Origin: Polyangiaceae bacterium
GTDB taxonomy: Bacteria; Myxococcota_A; Polyangia; Polyangiales; Polyangiaceae
Reading direction: 5' to 3'
Assembly: GCA_965222375.1 (NCBI GenBank)
Contig: CBDCTZ010000009.1
Coordinates: 224,001 to 288,000, forward strand
Length of the DNA: 64,000 nucleotides
Part shown: positions 18,962-29,209 of the stretch, piece after piece
Layout: each line of letters opens with the position of its first letter
Position numbering within the stretch: the first letter of the stretch is position 1
Position numbers and translations under genes: made by a program
The notes under the pieces: generated by a model
What the model was told of the DNA's origin: nothing
Database searches by the model: none
Seen by the model: the letters and a program-made list of their open reading frames with translations, nothing else

Positions 18962-20381
18962 TCGAACCCGCAGCCTCGCCGCTGTCAGCTGTGGCGTGAC
19001 CCTGTTCGGGTTCGCCGCCTGCGCGTTTCCAGACCACAGCTTCATCGACGACGACCAGTTCTACGGTACGGATTCCGGAACCAGCGGTGGTTTCGGAGGA
19101 GCTAGCGGTGGCGTCAGCGGAATGGGTACTGGCGGCACGGGAGCTACGGGTGCGACCGGAGGAGCCAGCGGCGGGGCCGGTGGCACCAGCGGAACCGGCG
19201 GCGCATCCGGCGGGACGACTGGCGGCAGCGGAGGCGCGACCGGCGGCACGGGCGGGGCGACGGGCGGAGCTGGCGGCGCCGCCGGCGGCAGCGGAGGCGC
19301 GACCGGCGGCACGGGCGGGGCGACCGGCGGAACTGGTGGCGTCGCCGGTGGCAGCGGAGGCGCGGCCGGCAACGAGAACTGCACCAATGGCGTTGACGAC
19401 AATAACGACACCTTGGTCGACTGCCAAGATCCGAAATGTCAGAGCGGCTTCACTTGCGTGCCGGTATTGCCCGCGGGGTGGAGCGGGCCCGTGGCGCTCT
19501 ACTCTGGAGCGGGCGCGGCACCGGATTGTCTCACCTCCGGTGGCTACCCGACCGTGAAGCAGAACGCCAATAGCGGCCTCAACCCTGGCAGCGCGAGCTG
19601 CCCAGCATGTACTTGCGATGGCACGACGGGCGTGGGCTGTGAGGCCAGTATCGTCCTGCTGACCGACGGAACTTGCTCCGGCGGTCCTTGCTGGGGCGGC
19701 GAGGCGGGCTTGTTGCAGTGCGGCAGTGCGCCCTTCAACAACATCACCGTTCCCAATGGCCCGGCGTGCAGCTTGTTGCCAACGTTGATCTCTACGACCG
19801 GTGCAGGCGCCAAGGGCGCCTGGATGGGGCCGCTGACGTCCACCGGTGGTGTGTGCGCTCCCAAGTCGACGGGGTCGAAGACAATCCCGACACCCACCTG
19901 GAATCAGAACGTACGCGCCTGCGGCGACGGCCCCACTACCGGCAAGGGCTGTGGCACCGGTAAGTGTATGCCGCGGCCAGCCGGCGGCTTCGGCAACAGC
20001 GTTTGCATTCACCGCGCAGGTGACCAGGCGTGCCCGGCCCCGTTCGGCAAGAAAACGCTGGCGCATCAGAACTACTCAGATGGACGGGATTGCAGCGCAT
20101 GTGCCTGCGATCCACCCAACCCGAACTGTACCGGGACCTTGACGCTGTATACGGACGACGTGTGCTCGGCAAACCAGACCACTATTGTTACGCCGGACAC
20201 TTGCAACTCGATTCCGGTGGACCCGGATCCGCTCCTGGTCTTCCCGCCAGGCACCGGCGGTATGCCCCCGGCGGATACCCGGTCGGGTCGGCTCGTCGCC
20301 ACGGGCACCTGCCCGCCGAAGGGCGGTCAAGTGACTGGGGCGGCGACGCCCACGGGGCCCGTGACCTTCTGCTGCCTGTAG
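18948..20381 (+). CDS. Gly-rich / Cys-rich lipoprotein
   Basis: FAAC lipobox, ~100-aa GGTGGA low-complexity tract, ENCTNGVDDNNDTLVDCQDPKC repeat-type motif, many Cys, ends TFCCL. Confidence 0.8.
   Translation: MAVSDRTRSLAAVSCGVTLFGFAACAFPDHSFIDDDQFYGTDSGTSGGFGGASGGVSGMGTGGTGATGATGGASGGAGGTSGTGGASGGTTGGSGGATGGTGGATGGAGGAAGGSGGATGGTGGATGGTGGVAGGSGGAAGNENCTNGVDDNNDTLVDCQDPKCQSGFTCVPVLPAGWSGPVALYSGAGAAPDCLTSGGYPTVKQNANSGLNPGSASCPACTCDGTTGVGCEASIVLLTDGTCSGGPCWGGEAGLLQCGSAPFNNITVPNGPACSLLPTLISTTGAGAKGAWMGPLTSTGGVCAPKSTGSKTIPTPTWNQNVRACGDGPTTGKGCGTGKCMPRPAGGFGNSVCIHRAGDQACPAPFGKKTLAHQNYSDGRDCSACACDPPNPNCTGTLTLYTDDVCSANQTTIVTPDTCNSIPVDPDPLLVFPPGTGGMPPADTRSGRLVATGTCPPKGGQVTGAATPTGPVTFCCL
19221..19364 (+). 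repeat. 63-bp in-frame tandem repeat in the Gly-rich tract
   Basis: The 41-mer ggcggcagcggaggcgcgaccggcggcacgggcggggcgac is identical at 19221 and 19284, with a partial third copy at 19347. Confidence 0.8.
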
Positions 20382-20412
20382 CGCCTGCCTCGGCTCGACT
20401 AGCTGACACGAC

Positions 20413-22011
20413 ATGCCGCTATCGCGTCGCGCAATACTGGCTTGGCTAGCTGGCGCGCCGCTGGCAGCCAGTGGCTGCCGCGACACGCCTGTGGCTGGGA
20501 AGATCCGTGGCGGTGCCATGCCCGTGGGGCACCGCTTGCGAGAGGCGATTCGGGCTCCGGCGACCGGTAGACCTCGAAAGGTGCAGGTCGCGATCGTCGG
20601 CGCCGGCCCGAGCGGGCTGTCTGCCGCCTGGCGCTTGGAACGCCTCGGCTACTCGAACTTCGAGGTCTTCGATCTGGAAGCGCAGCCCGGGGGCACCAGC
20701 GCGTTCGGAACCGACGGCATCGTTCCGTACCCTTGGGGCGCACACTACGTGCCACTGCCCAGCTCTGAAAACCGCGGGCTCGTGAACCTGTTGCAGGAAA
20801 TGGGCGCGCTGGTGCAGTCCGAGCCGAAAGCCGTCGCGAAGGAGGCGCTGCGAGTTCGCGCCCCAGAAGAGCGCGTATTCGCCGACGGCGTGTGGCAAGA
20901 CGGGCTGCTGCCCAAATCCCAGGTGGGTGCAACGGAGCAGGCGGAGCTCGAGCGCTTCCAACGCGAGGTCGACAAGTGGGTTCGCTTCCGGGACAAAAAG
21001 GGCCAGCGTGCTTTCGCATTGCCTGCTCGGCGTTGCTCCGACGCCGAGGAGCTAAAGGCGCTCGATCGCATCAGCGCCGGTGACCTGCTGCAGCAGTTGA
21101 ATATCCGATCCAAGGTTGTGCGCTGGTACGTCGAATACGCGTGTCGGGACGACTATGGCCTATCTCTGGACAGTACCAGCGCCTGGGCGCTGATGTTCTA
21201 CTTCGCCTCCAGGTTGGACAAGCCCGGGCAGGACAGCGCGCCGTTCATTACCTGGCCCGAGGGCAACGGTCGCATCGTGCGCCACCTGTCCAACGTCGTC
21301 GGCAAGCGCTTGCGTACCGGTCAGCTCGTGACCGATGTTGCACCGGTCCGGAGTGGCGTCGAGCTGAGCGTTTTCGATGTAGCGCGCGGCGTCATGCAGC
21401 GCGTAGTCGCCGAGCGCGTGATCTTGGCGGTGCCCAAGTTCGTGGCCGCCCGGATCCTGCGTCCCTATCGAGACAGCCCTCCCGCCTTTCTAAAAGAGTT
21501 CAGCTATGGCGTGTGGCTAGTCGCGAATCTGCACCTCTCTGGCCGGCCGCCGTCCAAGGGTTTCGAGCCAGCCTGGGACAACGTGCTCTTCGACAGCGCC
21601 TCGCTTGGTTACGTGGTGGCGACTCATCAGCGGCTCAAGGACCTGGGACGCACCGTGTGGACCTACTATCTTCCCTTGGTGGATGCGGACCCCAAGGTGG
21701 CCCGGCGCCGCATCGCGGAAACCAGCCACGCCGAATTCTGTCGCACGATCCTCGACGATCTGAAGCCGGCCCATCCAGACTTGCGCAAGTACGTGGAGCG
21801 AATCGACATCTGGCGTTGGGGCCACGCGATGATTCGCCCCACTCCGGGCTTCATTTGGAGTGGCGCCCGTCAGCGCGCGGCAGCGCCCCTCGGTCGCGTG
21901 CACTTCGCCCACTCGGACCTATCCGGGGTTGCGCTGTTCGAAGAAGCGCAGGACCAGGGCTTGCGCGCCGCCGAAGAAGTCGCGACGGCGCTCGGGTCTC
22001 AGGTTGGCTGA
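20413..22011 (+). CDS. Tat-exported FAD-dependent oxidoreductase (flavin amine oxidase-like)
   Basis: SRRAIL twin-Arg signal ending ASGC. VAIVGAGPSGLSAA dinucleotide fold, WGAHY, WGHAM, FAHSDLSG..LFEEA. Confidence 0.85.
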   Translation: MPLSRRAILAWLAGAPLAASGCRDTPVAGKIRGGAMPVGHRLREAIRAPATGRPRKVQVAIVGAGPSGLSAAWRLERLGYSNFEVFDLEAQPGGTSAFGTDGIVPYPWGAHYVPLPSSENRGLVNLLQEMGALVQSEPKAVAKEALRVRAPEERVFADGVWQDGLLPKSQVGATEQAELERFQREVDKWVRFRDKKGQRAFALPARRCSDAEELKALDRISAGDLLQQLNIRSKVVRWYVEYACRDDYGLSLDSTSAWALMFYFASRLDKPGQDSAPFITWPEGNGRIVRHLSNVVGKRLRTGQLVTDVAPVRSGVELSVFDVARGVMQRVVAERVILAVPKFVAARILRPYRDSPPAFLKEFSYGVWLVANLHLSGRPPSKGFEPAWDNVLFDSASLGYVVATHQRLKDLGRTVWTYYLPLVDADPKVARRRIAETSHAEFCRTILDDLKPAHPDLRKYVERIDIWRWGHAMIRPTPGFIWSGARQRAAAPLGRVHFAHSDLSGVALFEEAQDQGLRAAEEVATALGSQVG

Positions 22012-22056
22012 GCGCGCACTTTCCCGCGCCGCCAAGTCGTGCCATAGCCTCGACCC

Positions 22057-23169
22057 ATGGCGAGTGCTGCCCCGGCAATGCAGCGGCTCAGCTTTGGGCC
22101 GTGGCTATTCGGTGCGCGAATGGACCTGGCCCTATTCGCCGGCAGCGCAGCGTTCGCTTTCGGGCTGGTCCTCGTCGGCCGCCTACTAGGAATATCCCCG
22201 GGCGGGCTACCCGAATGGGCTTGGCTGCTTTGCGTACTCGGCGTCGACGTCGCGCACGTGTGGTCCACCTTGTTTCGAACCTATCTCGATGGGGAGGAGC
22301 TGCGACAGCACCCGTACCGCTACACGCTGATCCCTCTGGGCGTGTATGCCGCCGGTGTCGCTGCCTACCTACACAGTCCCATGACCTTCTGGCGGATCTT
22401 GGCCTACGTGGCGGTGTTTCACTTCGTGCGCCAGCAAGTCGGCTGGGTCGCGGTCTACCGCGCTCGCGCGGGTACCTTCAATCCCCTGGATCGCTGGTTG
22501 GACGATGCAGCCGTGTACGCGGCGACGCTGTATCCGGTGCTGTATTGGCACGCCAATCTCGATCACTCCCGTATTGCCTGGTTCATGCCTGGAGACTTCG
22601 TGGATGTTTCTGCGGCGCTGCATCCATGGGTCATGCCTGCGGGGGTCGCCTGGGCCGTGTTGCTGGGTGCGTTCTTCATCCGGCAAGTGCACAAGGCCGT
22701 GACCACCCGAGTCTTGGCGGCCGGCAAGATGATCGTGGTCGCGACGACCGCCGCCATTTGGTACGTCGGCATCATCGCGACGAACAACGACTTCGACTTC
22801 ACCGTCACCAATGTGATCGTGCATGGCGTGCCCTACGTTGGGCTGCTCTGGGCCTACGCGCGGGAAAGGCGAAAGCAGGCGCCGGAGCGCCTGGGTTCAC
22901 AAGTGGCGGCCGGGGGGATTGGTGCCTTCGTGCTCCTGCTTTTGCTGATCGCCTTCGCCGAGGAGTTCGTTTGGGACCGGCTTGTGTGGCGACAGCGAGA
23001 TTGGCTCTTTGGTGACAGCGGCGCAGCTCTATCCCAGGTGGTTCTGGCTTGGGTCGTGCCGCTGTTGGCGCTGCCGCAGGCTACCCACTACGCGCTTGAT
23101 GGCATCCTGTGGCGCCGCGGAGACTCGCGGAAACGTCCGGCCCAGCGGGCGGCTCTTGGCATGCCCTGA
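22057..23169 (+). CDS. Polytopic membrane protein with conserved-looking His motifs
   Basis: About 9 hydrophobic helices; DVAHVWST, VFHFVRQQ, IVHGVPY, QATHYALDG. Confidence 0.75.
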   Translation: MASAAPAMQRLSFGPWLFGARMDLALFAGSAAFAFGLVLVGRLLGISPGGLPEWAWLLCVLGVDVAHVWSTLFRTYLDGEELRQHPYRYTLIPLGVYAAGVAAYLHSPMTFWRILAYVAVFHFVRQQVGWVAVYRARAGTFNPLDRWLDDAAVYAATLYPVLYWHANLDHSRIAWFMPGDFVDVSAALHPWVMPAGVAWAVLLGAFFIRQVHKAVTTRVLAAGKMIVVATTAAIWYVGIIATNNDFDFTVTNVIVHGVPYVGLLWAYARERRKQAPERLGSQVAAGGIGAFVLLLLLIAFAEEFVWDRLVWRQRDWLFGDSGAALSQVVLAWVVPLLALPQATHYALDGILWRRGDSRKRPAQRAALGMP

Positions 23170-23264
23170 GCTCCTGGCGGCCCTGGGCCGGCGGGAGCAA
23201 AGCTGTCCCGTGCCTAGGTCGCTCGGTGCTTTCGTCGTGCCGGCGTAGGTGGTAGCTCAGCCCT

Positions 23265-23962
23265 ATGGACAAGGTGGTCAAGACAGCGGCCGAGGCCCGT
23301 GCAGGACATTCCCGATGGCGCCACGGTTCTCGCTGGTGGCTTTGGGCTGTGTGGGATCCCAGAGCTTTGCATCCGCGCGCTGCGAGACAAGGGCGCAAAG
23401 CAGCTGACCTTCGTGAGCAACAACTGCGGCGTTGACGAATTCGGCCTGGGTCTGCTCCTCGACACGAAGCAGATCAAGAAGATGGTGTCGAGCTACGTCG
23501 GCGAAAACAAAGAGTTCGAGCGCCAGTTCCTTTCCGGAGAGCTGGGAGGTCGAACTGGTGCCCCAGGGCACCTTGGCTGAGCGTTTGCGCGCTGGAGGCG
23601 CAGGGATCCCGGCGTTTTACACACCCGCGGGCTTTGGTACCCAGATGGCAGAGGGCAAAGAGGCTCGGGAGTTCAACGGTCGACCCTACGTCATGGAGCG
23701 GGGCATTGTCGGTGACTACGCCATCGTCAAAGCGTGGAAAGCCGACCGCTATGGTAATCTAACGTATCGACTCACGGCTCGGAACTTCAACCCGCTTTGC
23801 GCCATGGCTGGCAAAACAACCATCGCCGAAGTGGAAGAGATCGTGGATGTCGGTGAGCTGGAGCCCAACCAGATCCACACCCCTGGCGTGTTCGTGCAGC
23901 GCGTCGTTGTGGGCAAGCACGAAAAGCGTATCGAACGCCGCACCGTGCAACCGAATCGCTGA
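23265..23962 (+). pseudogene. scoA: Succinyl-CoA:3-oxoacid CoA transferase subunit A, split by two +1 frameshifts (pseudogene or assembly error)
   Basis: ATG at 23265 gives [11 protein letters not shown]. The product continues as [22 protein letters not shown]...SSYVGEN and then [13 protein letters not shown] in shifted frames. There is an extra C in CCC 23296-23298 and an extra G in GGG 23544-23546. 698 nt minus 2 gives 232 codons. Confidence 0.85.
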
Positions 23963-23972
23963 GGAGAGAGCA

Positions 23973-24626
23973 ATGTTGACTCGAGAGCAGATTGCACAGC
24001 GCGCCGCCCAAGAGCTGAGGGACGGCTTCTACGTGAACCTGGGTATCGGCATGCCCACCTTGGTTGCCAACTACATCCCCGATGGCGTCGAAGTCATGCT
24101 GCAGAGCGAGAACGGTCTTCTCGGTATTGGGCCGTTCCCGGTCGAGGGCGCCGAGGACGCCGATCTGATCAATGCTGGGAAAGAAACCGTGACCATGGTC
24201 GAAGGTTCGTCGATCTTCGACAGTGCCACCAGCTTCGCGATGATCCGCGGCGGGCACATCGACTTGGCGATTCTGGGCGCCATGGAAGTCGCTCAGAACG
24301 GGGATCTCGCCAACTGGATGATCCCTGGCAAGATGGTCAAGGGCATGGGTGGTGCGATGGACCTGGTGCATGGCGCCAAGCGTGTCGTCGTGATCATGGA
24401 GCACACCAACAAGAGGGGTAAGCCGAAGATCTTGGAGGAGTGCACGTTGCCCCTGACGGGCAAGAACGTCGTGCATCGCATCATCACCGATCTGGCCGTG
24501 CTGGATGTCGAAGGCGACGAGTTGGTCTTGACGGAGCTTGCGCCCGGCATCAGCGCAGACGAAGTGAAGAACAAGACGGCAGCAAGCCTTCGCGTGAGCG
24601 ATTCAGTCGCCAACATGAAGATTTAG
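23973..24626 (+). CDS. scoB: Succinyl-CoA:3-oxoacid CoA transferase subunit B
   Basis: [10 protein letters not shown], catalytic [24 protein letters not shown] before ATG 23973. Confidence 0.93.
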   Translation: MLTREQIAQRAAQELRDGFYVNLGIGMPTLVANYIPDGVEVMLQSENGLLGIGPFPVEGAEDADLINAGKETVTMVEGSSIFDSATSFAMIRGGHIDLAILGAMEVAQNGDLANWMIPGKMVKGMGGAMDLVHGAKRVVVIMEHTNKRGKPKILEECTLPLTGKNVVHRIITDLAVLDVEGDELVLTELAPGISADEVKNKTAASLRVSDSVANMKI

Positions 24627-24917
24627 TGCCACCCCTGAGGGTGATACGTGTTTGTGCGCACATGTGCGATTGCGGACGCCTACGTGCGACCCATCGCAGC
24701 GACGCGCACGTGATGCTCTCGCCTGGTTTTCCAGGTGGTTATACAAGTGGCGGCGAGACGCGATCCGGATTCATAGCGTCTAGTCCGTGAGTGCCCACTT
24801 ATTGATATACCTAAATCGGCCGTCAGCGCGCCTCCCGCTCGTTTGACCGGCAGCCCGGCTCCCTCAAAAAAGAACGTTGCGCAGGCTGCGCGATTTCACA
24901 GGGACGTGGAGGTCGGG

Positions 24918-25325
24918 ATGAAACGGGTGCGACTGAGGGGTTTCTTGGGTGCGGTTGCCATCGTGGCAATTGCCGGGCTTGCGCAGAGCAGCTCTCACAC
25001 GACCCAGGTCGTCGTTGTCGGCTTCGACCAGCCAACCAACATCGTTTCCGGGGTGAATCACCACGGAATGGGCTATTTCAAGCGGAGCAACCTAACCGCC
25101 TACCGACTCGCCAAGCTCAAGCCCACGGCGCCGCCCAATCCCTGCAACATCGTCACGCGGGTCTGGAACAAGGTTCTGCCCAAGGTGCCGCCTCATCGAG
25201 TGGAGCGGGTGACCGCGAGGTTTTTGCGCTTCTTTGCCAAGCACAACTGCCAAGCCATCATCATCGGCGAGGAGCAAACCTTCCCCATCGACATGGAGAG
25301 CTACCAGCCCGAGCAAAGACCCTAG
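24918..25325 (+). CDS. Hypothetical secreted protein (paralog 1, PTAPPNPC motif)
   Basis: GGAGGT RBS, signal peptide, strongly similar to the next gene, followed by a terminator-like hairpin. Confidence 0.8.
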   Translation: MKRVRLRGFLGAVAIVAIAGLAQSSSHTTQVVVVGFDQPTNIVSGVNHHGMGYFKRSNLTAYRLAKLKPTAPPNPCNIVTRVWNKVLPKVPPHRVERVTARFLRFFAKHNCQAIIIGEEQTFPIDMESYQPEQRP

Positions 25326-25351
25326 CCCGAGCGAAGAGCAATCGAGACGCG

Positions 25352-25383
25352 AAGGCGGGACTTCTTTTGTCGGTCCCGCCTTT
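25352..25383 (+). terminator. Intrinsic-terminator-like hairpin
   Basis: AAGGCGGGAC (25352-25361) pairs with GTCCCGCCTT (25373-25382). Short T tail. Confidence 0.6.
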
Positions 25384-25621
25384 GCTGCATTTGGAGCAGT
25401 GCGAGACGGCTACACAAACCAACGCCCCAAATTCCCCGAGCTTCCGGGCGCTCCGCCACACTGCGTCACGCACATTTCCCTAGCTCGACGTCACAGTAGG
25501 AGACTCTCCTACCTACTTGAAATCATTAGGGATCATTTGACTGTGGGGTGGCGTACCCCTTAGTATCTTAAATTAGCGTGCCGTCTTTTTTGCGCGCGGT
25601 CACATGGATGTGGAGGTAGGG

Positions 25622-26029
25622 ATGCGACGTATACGGCTTAAAGGTGTTCTGGGGGCGTTGGCAGTAGTGGCTTTCGCGGGTTTGGCGCAAAGCAGTTCCC
25701 ACTCCACTCATGTGATGCTCGTTGGATTTGATGAACCTTCCAACATCGTAACGGGTGTCAATGGAAACGGCATCGGCTACTTCCAGCGTAATCCGGCGAC
25801 GCGCTACATTCCGGGCCAGCTGCGACCGACGGCGCCACCTAACCCCTGCAACAACTTCATCCGCCAGTGGAACAAGCGGATCATCAAGACCAAGCCGGAC
25901 AAGCTCGAGAGTGTGACAGCGCGGTTCCTGACGAAGTTCGCTCGACACAACTGCGAAGCCATTATCGTCGGTGAAGACCAGACCTTCCCGATCAATATGG
26001 AGAGCTTCGAGCCCGTGGAAATGCCCTGA
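25622..26029 (+). CDS. Hypothetical secreted protein (paralog 2, PTAPPNPC motif)
   Basis: GGAGGT RBS, signal peptide, same length (135 aa) and colinear with paralog 1. Confidence 0.8.
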   Translation: MRRIRLKGVLGALAVVAFAGLAQSSSHSTHVMLVGFDEPSNIVTGVNGNGIGYFQRNPATRYIPGQLRPTAPPNPCNNFIRQWNKRIIKTKPDKLESVTARFLTKFARHNCEAIIVGEDQTFPINMESFEPVEMP

Positions 26030-26048
26030 CCTAGCGTGTGGCAAGGTG

Positions 26049-26089
26049 GAAATGGACAGGCACTCAGGTGCCTGTCCATTTCGTCTTTT
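26049..26089 (+). terminator. Intrinsic terminator
   Basis: Perfect 15-bp stem GAAATGGACAGGCAC / GTGCCTGTCCATTTC with a TCAG loop, followed by GTCTTTT. Confidence 0.75.
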
Positions 26090-26132
26090 GTGCCCCCCGG
26101 CCCAATGCTAGCCTCGATGCCCCAAGGCGCAC

Positions 26133-29054
26133 ATGTCCCGACCCAAAACCCGAGAGATTGCCGTCGAGGCGTTCCGGCGCGGGCTGCTCTCCGCTGAGGA
26201 GATGTGGGAGATCGCGAACAAGTCTCGGGGACGCTCGGTGGAAGATGTGCTGCGCGAGGTGTTGCCAGAGGAGCGCGTCGTGCGGATCACCGCCAGCGAC
26301 GAAGCGCGAGCTGGCGTCACGCTGCCGGCGTTTCCGACGGCGAAGCCCGCCACTCCCGCCATACAGTCCGCAACACCCGTCGCGGAAGCCGGGACGCCGG
26401 CCCCGGATACCGCCACTCCGGTACCACAGCGCCATCGCGTCGCCGAAGAGCTGCCCGCTTCGGAGCGGTCGACTCGGCGAGCGAAGTCTCTGAAACAAGT
26501 TGGGGTCGACTTGATCGAACCGCCGCAGGCAGACATCCGCCATGCGCCGAGTTCGCCGACGCCGCGTCCTCTCAGCGCGCCGCTGACCATGCCGGGCCGT
26601 GCGGTGTCGGTATTCGTGGATGAAGCCTCGCCGGAAAGCCGAAATTTGGCCAAGGTGCCGGGTCGGCTCGAGGGGCCTCGCTACTCATTGGTGGAGGCCT
26701 TGGGTCGAGGAGGCATGGGCAAGGTCGTGGCCTGTCGGGATCGTGAAATCGGCCGCACCGTCGCGCTCAAGACATTGCAGGAGCAGAGCCTTGCCCAGGA
26801 CGGTGTGGTGCTGAGCTTTTTGCAGGAAGCGCGGATCACGGCTCAGTTGGAACACCCGAACATCGTGCCCGTCTACGACCTAGGTGCGCTGCCGGATGGG
26901 CAACCGTACTACACGATGCGAGTCGTCAAACGCCAGTCCCTCGGCGACGTGATCGACAAGCAAGAGCTTCGCAAGCAATGGCCCCTAGTGCGGTTGCTTG
27001 GTGCGTTTGTTCAACTATGCCGCGCCCTGTCCTATGCCCACTCACGCGGGGTGCTGCACGGAGACATCAAGCCCGACAACATCCTGTTGGGAGACTTCGG
27101 TGAGGTCTATCTGGCGGACTGGGGCCTGGCGAAGGTGGCTTTGGATAGCGAGGTGCGTTCGGATCTATCCGATAGCTCTCCGCCGCCGGGCTATACGTCG
27201 CCTTCGGGTGGAACCCCAGGGTACCTGGCGCCGGAAGTCGCGCTAGGACGTTGGGAGGATGTCGATCAGCGCAGCGATCTGTTTGCCCTGGGTGTGATCC
27301 TGTACGAGATTTTGACCGGCAGGCACCCCTTTGGCTTTCCAGAAGACTACCGGGCGCTGATCGCGTCCTATGAGCGCGAGCCGACGCCACCGCGACAGTT
27401 GGTAGCGTCTACGCCCCTGTTGTTAGAAGACTTGTGCCTGCAATTGCTGACCAAAGAGCCAGAAGAGCGCATTCAGTCAGCGGACGAAGTCGCCACGCGC
27501 GTGGAAGAATTCCTGGAGGGCGCCAAAGAGCGCGAGCGGCGCCGGGAAGAGGCCGCGCGCATGTGCCGTGAGGCGGAAGCTCCGGTGGCTCGCTACGGGC
27601 AGTTGTTGGAGGAGCAGGAAGCGCTGGCTCGCCGATCCCGCGGGGCCGCGGAAGAGGTGCCAGCTTGGGCTTCCGTGGAGCAGAAGCGCATCGTTTGGCA
27701 GCTCGAGGACGAGCATGCCGCTGCGGAGCGGGATAGTGCGCTGGCCTTGGCCGAGGCCATCGAGCTGTACACGAAGGCCTTGGGCTACGATGCGGATTTC
27801 CCGGAGGCCCACAACGGCTTGGCCAGCCTGTACTGGTCCCGCGCCCGGGAAGCGGACGCTCAGGGTCGTGATGCCACTCGGATCTACTACGAGGCCCGGG
27901 TGCTGGAGCACGACAACGGCACCTACGCCGCGTTGCTGCGCGCCGAGGGCAGCCTGAGCATGGAGTCGGATCCACCGGGTGCGCGAGTCTTCGTGCAGCG
28001 CTGCGAAGAGACGGATCGCGCCCTGGTGCCTGGTGCGGAGCGCAACCTGGGGCGAACGCCGTTCTCCGAACTAGGCCTGGAGCCCGGGCGCTATCTCGTG
28101 TCGGTTAAAGCGCCCGGCTTCCGCTTGGCGCACTACCCGGTTCTTCTCGGGCGCAAAGATCGGCATGAAGGTAGCGTGCGCCTGTACCAGGATGAAGAGA
28201 TCGGAGACGACTTCATCTACGTACCCGGTGGACAGTTCATACTGGGCGGAGATGATCTAGCCTACGGCGCGATTCCGCGGGAAGTTGTGCACGTGCCGGA
28301 TTTCGCCATCGCCAGGCTACCCGTGACCATGGCGGAGTATTGCGAGTTTTTGGATGAGCTGAGTCAGCACGATGCCGCTGCCGCCCAGCGCCGGGCTCCT
28401 CACGACTTCAAGGGGTCCGAAGGTTATTGGGTCGAGCGCCGGGAAGGAAAATGGCAGCCCCTCGATCACATTATCGAAGGCGAAGCGCGAACGCTCTTCC
28501 CGCCCGACGAAGGGCACTTGTGGCAGGTCCCCGTATGCCTCGTGGATTGGTTCGACGCGCGCGCCTACTGTCGTTGGCTCTCCCAAAAGACCGGAGACAC
28601 GATTCGCCTGCCTAGCGAGGTGGAGTGGGAAAAGGCCGCCCGCGGCGTCGACGGCCGCGCCTACCCCTGGGGGGATCATTTCGATCCAACCTTCTGCCTG
28701 ATGCGACAATCCCGCTCCTTCCCCCAGCAGCCCGAGCCGGTGGGCACCTTTCCCGTGGACTGCTCGCCCTATGGTGTGCGGGACATGGCGGGGGGAATGC
28801 GCGAGTGGGTCGGAGATCTGTACGGGGAGAGGACCTGCGCGGAGTTGGACGAGCAACCCGAACCCGGGGCTGACGTGGATCGCGGTGAGTCGGGGTGGCG
28901 CATGGTGCGCAGTGGGTCTTGGGTCACCGACGGCAACTGGTGCCGCTCGGCTTCCCGGGGTGGGCTGTACGCGGCGACACGCGGAACCGGGCTGACGTTC
29001 CGAGTCGTGAAGGAACTCCGCAGCCGTCGAAAAAGCGAGCCTCGAGCCCGCTAG
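26133..29054 (+). CDS. Ser/Thr kinase - PEGA - FGE-sulfatase (SUMF1-like) fusion protein
   Basis: [44 protein letters not shown] (PEGA); [35 protein letters not shown] (FGE-sulfatase). Confidence 0.9.
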   Translation: MSRPKTREIAVEAFRRGLLSAEEMWEIANKSRGRSVEDVLREVLPEERVVRITASDEARAGVTLPAFPTAKPATPAIQSATPVAEAGTPAPDTATPVPQRHRVAEELPASERSTRRAKSLKQVGVDLIEPPQADIRHAPSSPTPRPLSAPLTMPGRAVSVFVDEASPESRNLAKVPGRLEGPRYSLVEALGRGGMGKVVACRDREIGRTVALKTLQEQSLAQDGVVLSFLQEARITAQLEHPNIVPVYDLGALPDGQPYYTMRVVKRQSLGDVIDKQELRKQWPLVRLLGAFVQLCRALSYAHSRGVLHGDIKPDNILLGDFGEVYLADWGLAKVALDSEVRSDLSDSSPPPGYTSPSGGTPGYLAPEVALGRWEDVDQRSDLFALGVILYEILTGRHPFGFPEDYRALIASYEREPTPPRQLVASTPLLLEDLCLQLLTKEPEERIQSADEVATRVEEFLEGAKERERRREEAARMCREAEAPVARYGQLLEEQEALARRSRGAAEEVPAWASVEQKRIVWQLEDEHAAAERDSALALAEAIELYTKALGYDADFPEAHNGLASLYWSRAREADAQGRDATRIYYEARVLEHDNGTYAALLRAEGSLSMESDPPGARVFVQRCEETDRALVPGAERNLGRTPFSELGLEPGRYLVSVKAPGFRLAHYPVLLGRKDRHEGSVRLYQDEEIGDDFIYVPGGQFILGGDDLAYGAIPREVVHVPDFAIARLPVTMAEYCEFLDELSQHDAAAAQRRAPHDFKGSEGYWVERREGKWQPLDHIIEGEARTLFPPDEGHLWQVPVCLVDWFDARAYCRWLSQKTGDTIRLPSEVEWEKAARGVDGRAYPWGDHFDPTFCLMRQSRSFPQQPEPVGTFPVDCSPYGVRDMAGGMREWVGDLYGERTCAELDEQPEPGADVDRGESGWRMVRSGSWVTDGNWCRSASRGGLYAATRGTGLTFRVVKELRSRRKSEPRAR

Positions 29055-29209
29055 CCCACCCCGAGCCCGACAAGAGCGCACTCTTTTGGCGTCTCGGCAC
29101 CTGCGTCAAGCCCTGTTGTTCAGTGGCGGATTGCGAGACCTGCAGGGCATTCAATACTGCGCTCGTTGGAACCCTGGGCTTCTGTAAAGCAGGCTCGGCG
29201 CAGGAACAA

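Noticed and set aside
19080..19370. Possible CRISPR or satellite array
   Set aside because: The repeats are in-frame Gly-rich coding units with no unique spacers, and there are no cas genes.
21141..23015. 624-aa alternative-frame ORF and other long overlapping ORFs (e.g. 7309-8682, 18849-20066, 16845-18017)
   Set aside because: Arg/Gly/Ala-rich shadow frames typical of high-GC DNA, overlapping better supported genes.
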